From positions 108,130,001 through 108,194,000 of the forward strand of contig NC_045697.1 in the NCBI RefSeq assembly GCF_009834535.1: a stretch of 64,000 nucleotides of DNA, read 5' to 3'. Below are positions 35,108 through 48,499 of this stretch, piece after piece. The notes beneath the pieces are model-generated. The model saw only the letters and a program-made list of their open reading frames with translations. It did not search any database and was not told the origin of the DNA. A program made the position numbers and the translations under genes. Position 1 is the stretch's first letter. Every line of letters starts with the position of its first letter. The stretch comes from Camelus ferus. Its lineage: Eukaryota.

Positions 35108-38100
35108 GAGGAAAAAGGGCTGGGAGGACAGAATTATGCTTCAAAGCATGTTCCCTCACACACGTATAACAGGAGGTCACATGTGGCTTTTTATATTCTT
35201 TCTGAGTTTTCAGTTTTGGCCAAGGTCCCCGAAGGCTGAGAACAGAAGATGTCAAATCACCCACAGAAGACATGCTAAGAGACAGTGAAGTAGATTTTGA
35301 TCCTCGTTTACAGCCCACCTTGGGGTAGATTAAAAAGAAAATCCTTTAAAGAGGCAAAAATCAGAGGAGAGAATTTCTTTGGAGAGAGTAATCAGCGCTG
35401 GGAGTTTCCCTCATATGAGGCCAAGGGAGCCAGGAGGACCTTTCGGGGGCTGGACACATTAGTCTCTGGACATGTGGGACCTCCCGGGGCTGCTTCCTCA
35501 TGCATGTCTGGAGATCCAAAGGCTGGAGACTGGCTGAGGAGCTGGCGGGCAGCAGGGTGGGAGAACGGGACTGCTATGTGAGATGCTGAACACCTGGAAT
35601 TGGGTTGTCCTGAGCACCATCTTGATTGGAGAAATCCAACTGGAAGTCATCTCGGAAGGACCACTGGGCCCAGCGAGGCAGCCTCGGCAGGGATGTGTGG
35701 TGCGAGGGTGAAGGACTGCCTGGGGCGGGAGCAGGTCTTAAGAGGGCAATGTGAGGCATCACTCAGGTCAAGGGGAAAGGAATCTCCTTGCCATTGGACT
35801 TCAGAGCTGGACTGTCCAGGTTCAAATCCACACTCTGCCATTTTCTAACTATGGGCAAATGAGGTACCATCTTTACGATTTAATTTCCCCACTGCACTAT
35901 TTATTCCCAGGCAGCCCCTACACTAAATTACATCCATGCAGGTCTTTCAGACTTTGTCCTCTAATCCTTTCTGCCCTGAGCTCAAACCTGAGGATCTTGA
36001 ATCAGATACAGTGAGTTGGAAGTGAAGTTAAAAGAGAGAAAGTCTCCCTCCCTCCTAAGAGGCTCAAGGCTCTTCCTTTCTCCCATCCCCAATAAATTTC
36101 CCAACCTAAGGCAGGCCCAAGTTGAGGGGGAAAGGGAGGAACTTTAAATAACACAAGAAAAAGAAAAAATAAAAAAATGGGTAAGAGATTGCATTGGTCT
36201 GGCCTGGAGCTGTTAGTATGTGGGAGTGACTGGAAAAGCTGTAAGGTCTTCCTGGGATGTGTCTCCGGGTGGGGAGGACCAAGGCCACAGGGAGAACCAA
36301 GGAACCAAGGTACTTCCTGCTTATAGCCAGTCTTGTCCAACAAACTCATTCAATAAATACAAGTTTAGGGATTATTTTAAAACTGGCTTTTCCAGAAAAT
36401 GTTTCCAATTCTCTCACCCCGTCACCCCAGGGATTGGGTAAGCGGTGGTATAATTTCAGAGGCGGAGTCACTTCCCTTCCGTGACATACGAATATTGCCT
36501 GAAATCCTGAGTTCCAGGTTTCTCTAGGAGAATCCTGGGCACAGCGGATGACAAAAGATGGGGCATGCTGGCCTCAGTGCAAATCATCAGTGAAGAAGAC
36601 CTTAAAAACCTTTTGAGATGTTTTGATTTTTGACACCCTTTGCTGACTTATTCCCCAAGGGGTAAGACTCTTCCTGGGGTTTTCTAAGTGTCTTGGCAAT
36701 TCCTGATTTTTGAGTAATTTTCTAATTTCATTAATTTTGTTGTTCTATTTTTCCAAGGGATCCTCCTGTGACTTGAAACATTTAAAGTTGTCACTGAAGC
36801 GTGTGCTTTCCTTGCCTGACTGTGCAGGTATCTCATTTTGGCAAATCACTGCTACCAGCTGTGATTGAAATATGGAGCCAGTGCTTCAGGACTGACGCCG
36901 AAGATGGTCTTCCTGCAGGACAGATGGTACCTCCGGCGTGACTCAGACCCGCCATCTAAGCCCATGTGGCCTTGGATGTGTGCCTGAGGTCAAGGGTCAC
37001 ATCAACTTGTAAGTGGGCCCCAGGCCAGCCTGAGCAGATGGGTGAGGGTAGAGAGCCAGCAGACCATGTGGGGCCAAAACAGGAGTCTGAGCGCTGGAAG
37101 AGAGGGTAGCATTTCATTCTCTCCCCAGAGAGGCCCTGGTCCTTAAAGATAAAAATGATGGTTTACCACGGGAGCAAGGCATTTGAAGAGAGATTTCTCC
37201 ACTTTCCAGTCAGATGCCCTCAGGCGTGGAGTCGGTGTGGGAACTCTGCAACTCCACCTTTATCTGAACTGACCAAAACAGCTCCTTTGGAGAAGAAAAC
37301 TGGGACTTTCCAGGGACTGATAGTGCTGTCTCTCCTGACATATCCTGAGCATAGAGTGAGTGTTCTGGGTCAGTGTGGACCTGGGTGATCTGGACCCTGG
37401 GTTGGTGGCCCCGATGGTGATGAGGGCAGAATAGGGGAGTGGAGGAAGGGAGGGAGCCCGGGGGCCAGCAGAGAAAATGGGTTTTCAGGAATTTCCCTCT
37501 TCCTCTCTGATCTCTCCCCCTCTCTCTCTTCTGCAAAGTGTTTGTGCCATAAATACCCTGTCGGCTGTACAGCTGACATCCTGGAGTCACCTCTATCTGC
37601 GGCAGTTGGCTGGCCTGGGGGCCTGCCAGCCAAGTGTCACGGATGCCTTGCAGGGGACAGGTCTGGGACAGTAAAGAACACCATGTGCTGGTCCGCACAT
37701 CTACATTTATTTCTGCCCAATAGGCAACATGCTTACCTGGCCGGGAAGGTTGGAAATGCCAGGCTTTCAGTGTGTCCATTCTGGACACATGGAAATGTCT
37801 AGGGAAAGCCAGAGGCAGTCTAGCTGAGTAACGCAGCTGGAGACTTTGTAGACAGAGAGAAGAGAAGTGGCCCCTGTGCAGACAGCGGAGCTGGAGTGGA
37901 GCTCTGCTGATGGCAAAGGGGAAGTACCGTGATTGGCGTGTGCTCGTCCTCATTCTGGGGGACAGAAAAGCCAGCGTTGCAGCTCAGCTCTACCTTAGGC
38001 TGCAGATCTGAGTTTGAAGGACATGATCCCTTTCATCCAGAGAAGGTGACTTACAGTGGTGTACAACATCCAGTACGATAACCAAAGAGCCATCTGAGAG

Positions 38101-38197
38101 AGCAGTTGGGAAGTAGATGGGTCCCAGCATCACAGGTGGACCTTAGCTGGGTACCACCTTTATACAAGTATGTGCGTATCAAAAGGTACCTATGCCA

Positions 38198-38304
38198 ACG
38201 TATGACTGAAACATGATGCTGTGCACCAGAAATCGACACAACATTGTAAACTGACTATACTGCAATTTAAAAAAAATTTTTAAAAGGAAGCATTAAAAAA
38301 AAAA
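38198..38304 (+). mobile_element. Very short L1 3' end with interrupted tail
   Basis: atgactgaaacatgatgctgtgcaccagaaatcgacacaacattgtaaactgactatac; TSD aaaaggtacctatgcca (38181-38197) / aaaaagtacatatgcca (38300-38316). Confidence 0.88.
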
Positions 38305-38389
38305 GTACATATGCCACATTCAATTCTGTACTCCTAGCCTTGGTTCCTTACCTCTCTCAAGAACTTATTTCACAAACGTTACTGTTTGC

Positions 38390-38560
38390 TACACATTGTC
38401 TTTAGCACTTCGCAATTGTCAACACAGTCTGTTCTAATAGCAACCTTATGTCAAGGTACCCTTATCATTTGTGTTTTACAGATGAGAGAAGAATTTCTGC
38501 AAGGTCACAGCTAGCGTGATGCAGACTGGGATTCGAACTCCACTCCAGAGTCCATCCTCT
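38390..38560 (-). mobile_element. MIR SINE
   Basis: ttttacagatgag...caaggtcacagctag...ctgggattcgaactc. Confidence 0.75.
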
Positions 38561-40399
38561 CAACGATTCGGCTTTATTTTCTACCTGGGAACTATAGCTA
38601 ATTCACAACACACGTGTCTTGTGCCTTTCTCCCCCACCAGATGGGGAGCTGCCTATAGACAAGGATCATGTTTGGTTTACCTTTGTTTCCTCCCACTGAG
38701 TAACAGAGTATCTAGTTGGCACTCAGTGAATGTATTTTTAACCATAACCCTTGGCACCAACCGCCATGCCATTATCTCCTCCGTGGCACAAATTGTAGAA
38801 TAAACAGCTTTCATTTCTGTTTTGCACCCCGGCTGCCTTTCCGACTGTTTGCCACACTCCTCCTGGAGCTCTGTGCCCTTGACTCTTCCTGAACGTTTAT
38901 TATGATTGCAGGAAGCAGCTCGGGATGAACAGCCGGTTGCCAGCTAGGTGTGACCAACCTCTCGGGTCTGTTTGTTCCGGCCACAGATAGCTACCCACAG
39001 CACACAGCAGCATTTGAAAGCGCCTCCTCCCTCAAGATTCTCTCCTCTGCCCCCAAGAAGTTGCCTAGCAACCTCCCTTATTCCCTCTCTCACTGCCTCA
39101 CGTGGACCACCATTCCTATTTTCATTACCCTGTCATCAAGCCCACAAACTCTCTTCCATGCTGTTAACCCTTTGCATCTCTCTGCCTCATTATCCCATCA
39201 AACTGCACAGCGGACTCCAGTTTCAAAATAAACTCCACTTGACTCAGAAAGCATCCCTCATTCCCCATCTTTTACATTTTCAGAGATGTCTTTACAACAT
39301 CTTTTCTCTATTAACCTCAAGATCAAACTACCAAAGAAAGAGGCAAAAAATGAAATAAAACAAAACAAAACTACAAACTGGAATTTCCTAAGAGGTTTAT
39401 TCAAGCTTTAAATAACTTTTTTTCTCTTAAAAAAAATCAGATCATACCATACATCCATCACACGTGCCATCTAGGTGGGATGGTAGGATGGGATGGGGTG
39501 TAACATAATAGATGAAAGTAACATGAGACATTTTCACTTATGCCTGCACCAGGAGATGTTTCTCCTCTGCTGTCCCACTTCAGACCCTAGAAGAGAAGGA
39601 AACGTCCAGTTCTCTCTCGAAAGCCATTGGCAATAATGGCACGGTGATTGCTGGTGTATTTGCCACCATTTTGCCTGCCATTGGCTAAGAGCATGGTCAT
39701 TGGAGACAGGCAACAGGCAGTGGATCTTCAGCCTCACCTCCTCCACAGAGAAAGGCAGGTTCCCTGGAAAACAGAGGGAGAATCACCCCTTCTTAATATT
39801 GGGTCAGGGCATGTTTACTTGATCCCAGACCTGAGTTTTCACAAGTATGTGTGTCTTAAATCTTGACTCTAGACTGTGTTTCATCTACTAGACAGAGAAT
39901 AGTACAGCACTGCCCCAGTCCTGCTGTCAGGAGGAGGGAACCTGCAGAAGATGAGCTGTCTGGGCCAAGGGCTTTGTTTCACCAAGAACACACAACCAGT
40001 GACCCTCTACATTCTCCAACATGTAACCAGCACCTTGCACTCTGTGGGCCCCTGCCATCTGCTCAGAGCAGCCTGGGAGAAGGGTCTGGAGAAGTTCAAG
40101 GGCATCACAGTTGGGTGAGCCTGGCCTTTTGTCCAAGAGGAGATGGTTTCTGACTCCTTCAGGATCGCCATGTATAGCTATTTAGGTTGTTCACCACACA
40201 ACCTGCACAGCCACATGGGGCAGCTCTGAACCTTTTAAAACTCATTGTCGCTCGGTTGTGGAGAGTGCCCTTAATGCTTCTACCTTCATCCTTCCATTTT
40301 TTTTTTCTATCCTTCAGTTCTATTCTACCTGAACAAATAGCCATTTGTATACTACACTTGTATCACATTGGACTTTAAGCTCCAATAAAAAAATTCCAC

Positions 40400-40668
40400 G
40401 TAGTTTGGTGCATCCATTATGGAAAACAGTATGAAGATTCCTTAAAACAAACAAACAAACAAAACAAAACAAAACTGAAAATAGACTTACCATATGATCC
40501 AGCAACCCACTCCTGGGCATATCTGGAGGGTGCTCTAATTTGAAAAGATACATGCACCCCAATGTTCATAACAGCACTATTCATAATAGCCAAGACATGG
40601 AAGCAACCTAAATGTTTCAAAAGATGAATGGATAAAGAAGATGTAGTATGTATATGTGTATGTATGTA

Positions 40669-40720
<52 letters not shown>

Positions 40721-41194
40721 TATATCACAATGGAATATTACTCAGCCATAAAAAAGAATGAAATAATGTTGTTTTCAGCAAAGTGGATGGACTTGGAGAT
40801 TGTCATACTAAATAAAGTATGCCAGAAAGAGAAAGAAAAATACCATACAATATCATTCATATGTGAAATCTAAAAAAAAAAAAATGACACAAATGAACTT
40901 ATTTACAAAACAGAAACAGACTCACAGATATAGAAAACAAACTTACAGTTACCAGAAGGGAAAGAGGAGGATGGAGGGATAAATTGGGAATTTGGGATTT
41001 GTAGGTACACACTGCTATATATTAAACAGATAAATAACAAGGGCTTACTGTATAGCACAGGGAACTCTATTCAATATAATGAAAAATAATATGAAAAGGA
41101 ATGTATGTATGTATACATATAACTGAATCACTATGCCATATACCAGAAATTAACACAACATTGTAAACTGACTATATGTCAATTAAAAAAAAAA
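40400..41194 (+). mobile_element. Cetartiodactyl-type L1, 5'-truncated, containing a (TG)n(TA)n microsatellite at about 40648-40725
   Basis: ORF2 end plus complete 3' UTR and poly-A; TSD aaaaaaattcc at 40387-40397 and 41200-41210. Confidence 0.95.
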
Positions 41195-41807
41195 GCCAGA
41201 AAAAAATTCCCATCTTGTATCCTGTCTTTTTACTGAGGACTGGTTTCCCAGAACAGGAAAGGTAAAGGGGGATGGAGGCAAGGATGAGATCAGATCCGAG
41301 CCCAGCCTTACCTACTCCTGGCTGAATCCAGACTCCCGGGTTCCCGTTCTTCCCTGAGCACCCAGCACCGTGTCTAAATCTAAATCTGACAGCAGAAGTG
41401 CAGGAGTGGGTGGGTGGGAGAAGCAGGATCCCGGCTCCAAAGGGATCTGCCCAATTTAGTAATAAAAGTCTTTATCTCAACTCCCTGTCCTAATGGTAGT
41501 TGCACCAGAATAGTGATTTCTTCTTTATCTCTTAGGCTCAGCAGACTGGGTTCTGTTAAAATTACTGCCGCGATCCAGGGCTGGAGAGCTGGAGGGCCCA
41601 GACGCATAGGGAGGAGTGAGAGGGCACACAGATTTATGTCATGGAATTAATTCTGCTCCATGGTTTCTCATTTATGCAGAATTTCCTTCAAGGTGTTTAG
41701 TGCTGAGATTTGCGGGGAGCTTTGCTAAATGGAGCAAGACTGGGGAAGAAATGCCTTGTCACTCTTGGGAAAGGTAGGTATCATGTTAGTTTCATATGAC
41801 TGCCCTG

Positions 41808-42045
41808 TTAATAATAATCACTGCTATTTACTGAGTGCTTGCACAGTGCCAGGCATTCAGATAAAAACTGTACGTTAATTTTCTCACTAGGTTCTTTCAA
41901 CAATCCTGTGGAGTAGGTACTGTAATCCTTCCCATTATACAGATGAGAAAACTGAGTCTCACAGAGACTAAGTAACCTCTGGTGGCTGGTGATCATCCAG
42001 ATCAGAGCCCAGAGCTTTCTTTCCAAATGAACTACAGTTAACTTT
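41808..42045 (-). mobile_element. MIR SINE
   Basis: atttactgagtgcttgcacagtgccaggca...cccattatacagatgagaaaactgagtctcacagagactaagtaac. Confidence 0.88.
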
Positions 42046-43294
42046 AATGATTCAGGGTGCTCGGAAGTAATTTCTTTCTTACAGAAGAAAAATCCACATC
42101 TGACTAAAGAAAAATTGAGAAAACACTTAATTACTAATACAGGCAGCGGCAGCTGGGAATTATCCCCCTTGGACACCTCAAAACTCTTAGTGACTGGGTT
42201 AGTTTTTAATACCACCTCTCCCCTCTTCACTCGGGCCCCTCTTAATGCACCGCCTTGGGCACAAATATTTGTTTGATTCATTTGAAGGATGTTCCATTGA
42301 AGCTGTTTTCCCTCCATTTCTCTTTCCAGTTTGCAGAACAAAGGAGGAACAATGTGGTGTCCAGATCAAGAGAGAACACTGAAAGATGGCTTGGCCACAC
42401 CTGCCTCTGCTGCTCCCAGCTCTGCCAAGGGGCCCAGCAGATGCTTCTTTCTACACCTGCCCGAGGTTTGTGCTCTCAGAGCTGCTGCATTTCTGGGAAA
42501 AGTAAAATGAACTACACGGTCACAGTTGCTACTCCTGAAAATTCAGAGTTCACAGACCAAGGAATGGAAGCCAAGAGAAACAATATGCCAGTCTTCCCCT
42601 TCTCAAGTCATTTGTAAGCAGGTTTTGATCAAATCTGGGAGACAGAACCACCAAACTTCTACAAAAATCCAAGAGTTCTCTGGGCACCAAGACTCAGCTG
42701 TATAGACCAACCATATTAAAACTTGGATCAGACTCTCCATGATCATTTGCTGTTCCCCTCCACTCCCAGGGCAGCCCTTCACAGTTGTGTAGATTGAACA
42801 CTGAACCACCCAGGGAGCAACATCACGAACATTATAGATATAGAATGTTTGTGTATTTATTGCAATGAATTTCTGGCAGATAGCAGCCAAGTATCTTGAT
42901 GAAGGAGTGCCTTTTTCTAATTCATACAAAGGTGCCCTATGGGCTAGTGGTGATTCTATTACTCCTCCAGGTGAAGAAGGCAGATGGCTCAGTGGCAGGG
43001 AAAGTCGGAAGTGGGGGCAGCAGTCGAAAGGAAGTCCGTGTGGACAGGTGAAACAGCACCTGAGTTTGGAGCCTGCTGTGCCACTTACCAACATTGACTC
43101 TGAGTAAGTTTCTTAACTTCTGAGCCTCAGTTCTTACCTATATCATGGGCATAGTGATGGTCTTACCAACGCTGCAGATTCTTTGTTCAGATTAAGAATA
43201 TCTATATATGACAGGCAAGTATCAAGATATGACATAAAATAAAAACAATCTGTAATTCCTTCACCACAAACACGCAAAAAGAATGTAACATTTA

Positions 43295-43358
43295 TGTGTG
43301 TGTGTGTGTGTGTGTGTATGCAAGGCTATCTATCTATCTATCTATCCATCCATCCATC
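43295..43358. repeat. Compound microsatellite (TG)n + (CTAT)n(CCAT)n
   Basis: Direct inspection. Confidence 0.9.
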
Positions 43359-43769
43359 ACCTGGCCTCTGTTAGGCACTTGAGAAATTATACCTGTTATT
43401 ATTATAAACCAGAAGAGTCCAAGTTGAAACCAAGATTCTTGGTTCTCTGCTCATGTCTCTTAGCTAGCCTCTAAATAGGAAAATGACTTTCAAACGATGA
43501 AATTGGTTAAGAAATTCAACATAACATCAGTGTTATCTATGAGCAATACCTAGAACATTAAAGACCAATGCTAAATTAAAGACCAACACTGAAGGTTTTT
43601 GAGCACTCATTGTTTGCTAAGATGACATTATGATGGGTTGCAAGGAGCAAAATGAACAGAATCTGGTGGGATTCTGAACTAGTACAAATATTCACTGATT
43701 CATTCTTTGACCAATTACTTACTCTGTGGTTGAGCACTGGGCTAGGAGCCGTGGACAAAAGCTCAGACT

Positions 43770-44129
43770 GGAGAGAAATTCTCCTGCTGCATTTAAAGAC
43801 ATAAGCTGCCAGGTTGTGAGAGGTTCCACGTGACTCGGACCCAAGGAATGCCTCTGGGAGCTGAAACTGACCCCTGGCTACCAGCCAGCAAGAAAATAGG
43901 AACCTCAGTACTACAACAGTGAGGCGCTGAGTTCTTCTAGCAACTTTGTGAGCTTGGAAGAGAACTCCAATCCTCACGTGAGATTGTAGCCTCTGCCAGC
44001 ACCTTGATTTCAGAGTGGAGGACCCAACCAACTTGTGCCTGACACACGGACATTTTGATATAATGAATGTGTGGCTGTAAGTTGCTAAGTTGGTGGTAAT
44101 TTGTTACACAGCAATAGAAAATTAATAGA
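43770..44129 (+). mobile_element. MLT1 (MaLR) LTR
   Basis: cagccagcaagaaaataggaacctcagtactacaac...gcaccttgatttcag...ggtaatttgttacacagcaatagaaaattaataga. Confidence 0.88.
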
Positions 44130-46248
44130 GGGTACTTGTTAAGTCACTTAACTTTCTTGAACCTTCTATTTTTCTATTCATCTCTAAAATAGGCATTCCT
44201 TTTAGATTAAGCGTAAGAATCACATGACATACCTAAAAGTGTTTTATACTATCTAAAAGTATTTAAAAGTATTTTATAAATTACCAAGCTATCAGCATTG
44301 GTAAGAAGGATTTATTAATAAAAGGCAATAACGCCATAAATTGACATTGAAAGGGAAAACAAGGAACTAAGCATTTGTTTTAGGAAAAAAAAGTGTATCT
44401 AATTAGTATTTATTTTTAGAAACCACTCTGGTCTTCCCTGCTATTTAATGATCTATTTTTCTCCTCCTTAGCAATCAGAGTTAGCAAGGCCTTCTGGCAT
44501 GAGATTCAGTGTGATTTTGGGAATGCAAACCAGAATATCTCCAAGATGTATTGCCTTATGTAGGTTATTGCTATTTAAGAAGAAGCTGCAAGAAGGTTCT
44601 GAACGTATTCTGCCCTCCAGCTGACGCAAATTCCAAATCTTGCTGGTGTCGCCTTCACAGTGAAAATAAATACTGGTCTAAAGACTTGAGGACGAGACAA
44701 AATCAACAGAAACTATCAGGATCATCCTCACGGATTATTAGAATGACCTTTTAATTTGGAAAATCCTCCAAGGCCATGTCTGCTGGACTGGCCTTGGGAA
44801 TCCCCAGGGGTCCCACTTTGAGAACTGCTGGCCTACAGAATCCAATACCACAAGAGACAGGGAATCAAGCAACAGGAAAAATCTGGAGCCTTTCTAACTG
44901 CTAGAGTCAGTCCCAGATAGCAAACGTGTTCTTGAAAGAGTGGAGACATCTGTTGACGTCAGAATTATTTTTATGTTAATGCTAATGTATTTGCCTTTGT
45001 CTTGTCTGAACATTTGCCCTGATGCTGCAAAGATGATAATGGGTAAAACTGCTGGTTAACACCATTCGAGGCAGAGGTACCAAAGTGCCAGAAACTTACA
45101 GTGAAATAAACAAACATTACAAACCTCCATAAAACCAAGGCCATTTCCATTTAAGAATGTTCTTGATGAAGCAATAAAAAATATTAATGCTATTAATTGT
45201 AACTCTTGCATACATGCCTATTTAATATTCTGTGGGACGGAATGAAGTATACATAAGCCCTTATGTTGCAAATCAAATTATGGTGATTTTCTCAAGGAAA
45301 AACACTTGTGTGATTATTTGAGTTGTACTTTGCCTCCTGTGGACTATCATCTTTTATTTGCAAAAAGAGCTGACTAACTATGGCTATTCAGACTTGAGTA
45401 TTAGGCAGACATTTTTTGCTGAATGAATTAAGTGAACCTGTTATTTCAAGGAACACAACTGACAGTATTTGCTGCTAAAGACAACATGTGAGTTTTCCAG
45501 CAAAAATGAGAAAAGTTAGAATTTTGGAAAACCTGTTGACAGCTTCCCAATTCTTAAAGACTTTTCTGATAAACCCATGATGATACAATAACTGATTTTT
45601 AAATATTGTACAATGAAATGTGTCAATGTGTGGAAGATCAGCATAACGTAGTGGATCTATCTTTTTCAATGACCAGGATTATAATACAATGTTATCAAAT
45701 CAGACAAGGATAAAAGACCCATTCAAATTAGATTCAAAGTAGACTAATAGGTTTACCATAACAGAATAGGACAAGTTCATGGACCTGTTTTCATATTCTG
45801 CATTGCAATTAACTTTTAAGGTACTATCTACCACTTGTTGAGTTTTGGTGTACTATCAAAGAAGAATATCCATAATTATATGAAAAGGTTATTAAAATAT
45901 TTCTTTTTTTTTCCAACTACATATCTGTGTGAGGCTAGATTTTCTTTATCTACGTTAACCCCCCAAAATCACAATGGATATGAGAATCCAGCTATTTTTT
46001 ACTACTCTGGACATTAAAGAGATTTGTAAAAATGTGATATAATGCCACTCATATTACTGCCTTTTCTTTTTGTTTTGGAAAAGAAAATTGTTTCTCATTA
46101 ATATATGTTCTTTGTTAGCCCGTAGTGGGTTTGTTATTGTTATTTTTTTAGTGGATTAGAAAGTAAATACTGTTCAAATCTCTGTTTTAATTCCTAACAT
46201 GGCAGGTTTGACAGATGTAATACACATAAACAAGACCTCTTTGGGACC

Positions 46249-46870
46249 TGTGATAGGCTGAAGAGTGGCCCCCAAAGTTGTCCACATACTTAGATGGTTA
46301 CTAGACTTATCATGGCAATCATTTCATAATGTATTTAAATGTCATATCACTACACTGTACACCTGAGGCTAATTTATAATATTGTGCATCAACTATACTT
46401 CAATTAAAAAAATGCAATTTAAAAAGATGTCCACAACCTAATCCCCAGAACCTGTAAATGTTACTTTGTATGGCAAAGAGAACTTTACAGAAGTAGTTAA
46501 ATCAAGAATCTTGAGATTCAGAGTATCTTGGATTAGCTGGATGGGGCTGGTGGAGTTACTCAGGTCCTTATGAAAGAGAGGCAGGTGCTGGGGGGCCAGC
46601 AGGAGATGAGGACAGAAGCAGAGATTAAAACTACGTGAGGAAGGAATCATGAGTCTAGAACTATTGGTGGCCTCAAGGAGCTGCAAGAAACAAGGAAACT
46701 CTATCTTCAGAGCCTCCAGAAGAAATCAGAGCTGTTGATGCCTTAACTTTAACTGAGGGAGACTGATTTTGGATTTCTGACCTTCAAAACTGTAAGGAAA
46801 TAAAATCTCACTGTTTTATGTCACTAAGTGTGTGGTAATTTGTTACAGCAGAGGCAAGAAAACTAATACA
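46249..46870 (+). mobile_element. MLT1C/D-like solo LTR nested in Charlie1
   Basis: TGTGATAGGCTGAAG...cctaatccccagaacctgt...ggtaatttgttacagcag...AACTAATACA. Confidence 0.9.
46287..46422 (+). mobile_element. Short L1 3' end nested in the MLT1 LTR
   Basis: actacactgtacacctgag...caactatacttcaattaaaaaaa; TSD aaagttgtccaca (46274-46286) / aaagatgtccaca (46423-46435). Confidence 0.88.
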
Positions 46871-47447
46871 GAGTCTTCAGTAATTTTTAAGAGTAGTAAG
46901 TGGTCTTGAGACCAAAAGTTTGAGAACCTCCACTCTATGATAACTCCATGGAATGAGACCATGGGCAGGATGGATTGGCCCAAATAATTCCTCAGGGTGC
47001 AGAGGGATCACTGAGTGAGATTAATCCCAGATAAGCTTGGGTTCCTTCAGGGTCTGGAATGTAGAAAGTGCTCCATAATTATATATTCATAAAGGAACTA
47101 GTAAATAAATGGACCCCCTGCTCTTTGTCACTTAAACGTGACATGATTTATGGAGCTCCCACTCAATGCTGAAATGGTTACAGATACCCCTGTTCCACAC
47201 GATGACGTTGCAAGTAGGTCCAGGAGGACGAGGGACTTGTCTGAGTCATACAGCTAGTGGGTGGCGAAGCCTGGGGTTGAGTCTGTATCAGTCTGGCCCC
47301 AAACCCATGTTCCTTCCTCCATGGAGTTGGATGAATTTACCCGATGTCGAATAGGCAGTAACCTACAGGTGGTATCTATGTATTCCATCACCATTAATTT
47401 TTTCTGGCCACAAAGTAAGGATGAATCTAGCCACAACGACAGGCCTC

Positions 47448-48286
47448 GGTCAACAGGCACATCAAAAATGCTCAACATTGCTCATTACCAGAGAAATGCA
47501 AATCGAAACTAGAATATCAACTCACACTGCTCAGTCTACAAATAATAAATGCTGGAGGGGGGTGTGGAGAAAAGAAACACCTCCTACATTGGTGCAGCCA
47601 CTATAGAGAACAGTATGGAATTTCCTTAAAAACTTAGCAGACTTACCATATGATCCAGCAATCCCACTCCTGGGCATCTATCTGGAGGAAACTAACTTAA
47701 AAAGATACATGCACCCATGATGTTCATAGCAGCATTATTTACAACAGCCAAGACATGGAAGCAACCTAAATGTCCAATGACAATGAATAGATAAAGAAGA
47801 TGTGATATATATACACAATGGAATATTATTCAGCTATAAAAAATGAAATAATACTATTTGCAGCAATGTGGATGGACCCTGGGATTATCATAGTAAATGA
47901 AGTAAGTCAGATGGAGAAAGACACATATCATATGATATCACTTGTATGTGGAATCTAAAACATGATATAAATGAACTTGTTTACAAAACAGAAACAGACT
48001 TACAGACATGGAAAACAGACTTCTGGTTACCAAAGGAGAATGGGGGTCGGGTGGAGGGGGACTGATTAGGAGTTTGGGATTAGCAGCTACAAACTACTAT
48101 TTACAAAATAAATAAACAACGAGGTCCTACTGTACAGCATGGGGAACTGTATTCAATATCTTGTAATAACCTATAATGGAAAAGAATCTGAAAAAGAATG
48201 AAAAAAATACATATATAAAACTGAATCACTTTGCTGTATGCTAGAAACTAACACAACATTGTGAATCAACTATATTTATAAAAAAT
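47448..48286 (+). mobile_element. Cetartiodactyl-type L1, 5'-truncated (ORF2 C-terminus + 3' UTR)
   Basis: caacaggcacatcaaaaatgctcaacattgctcattaccagagaaatgcaaatc...gaaactaacacaacattgtgaatcaactata; possible TSD caggcct(c/g)ggt. Confidence 0.95.
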
Positions 48287-48499
48287 ACCCAAAAGAGCCA
48301 GGCCTGGGTGGGGTGGGGTAGAAAGGAAGGGTGAGTGGGAAATTAATGTCTCCTGAGCACCTACTATGATCATCAGCCTCGCTCATTTCACTGGGCATCA
48401 TGTCTATCGTGGTGGAAGAAACCCTTTGCGATTTACCCCAAAAGTGGCTTGTTTTCATATGGAAGGGTTTCTTTCCCTCAGATTTTTAAATGAAAGGAA

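Larger units (their letters stand above)
44900..46932 (+). mobile_element. Charlie1-like hAT DNA transposon (decayed transposase 3' half + 3' TIR), interrupted at 46249-46870
   Basis: Transposase remnants KNVLDEAIK, degenerate RWLSRGK (tggtgattttctcaaggaaaa) and hAT dimerisation motif FPTTYLCEARFS (about 45910-45945); terminus gagaccaaaagtttgagaacc. Confidence 0.85.

Noticed and set aside
37606..37790. Short inverted repeats (ttggctggc/gccagccaa; tgtgtcca/tggacaca)
   Set aside because: Stems of only 8-9 bp, too short for a pre-miRNA or structured RNA call.
37210..37953. 247-aa minus-strand ORF
   Set aside because: No recognisable protein similarity, several overlapping ORFs in other frames, and the region may be a decayed LTR.
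39461..39480. CTCF-like motif (cacctagatggcac on minus strand) overlapping CACGTG
   Set aside because: Mismatches at the 5' core positions; a single degenerate motif is expected by chance in 64 kb.
45835..46017. ORF with hAT dimerisation motif as a domesticated transposase gene
   Set aside because: Surrounding transposase sequence is full of stops and frameshifts; it is a decayed Charlie1 fossil.
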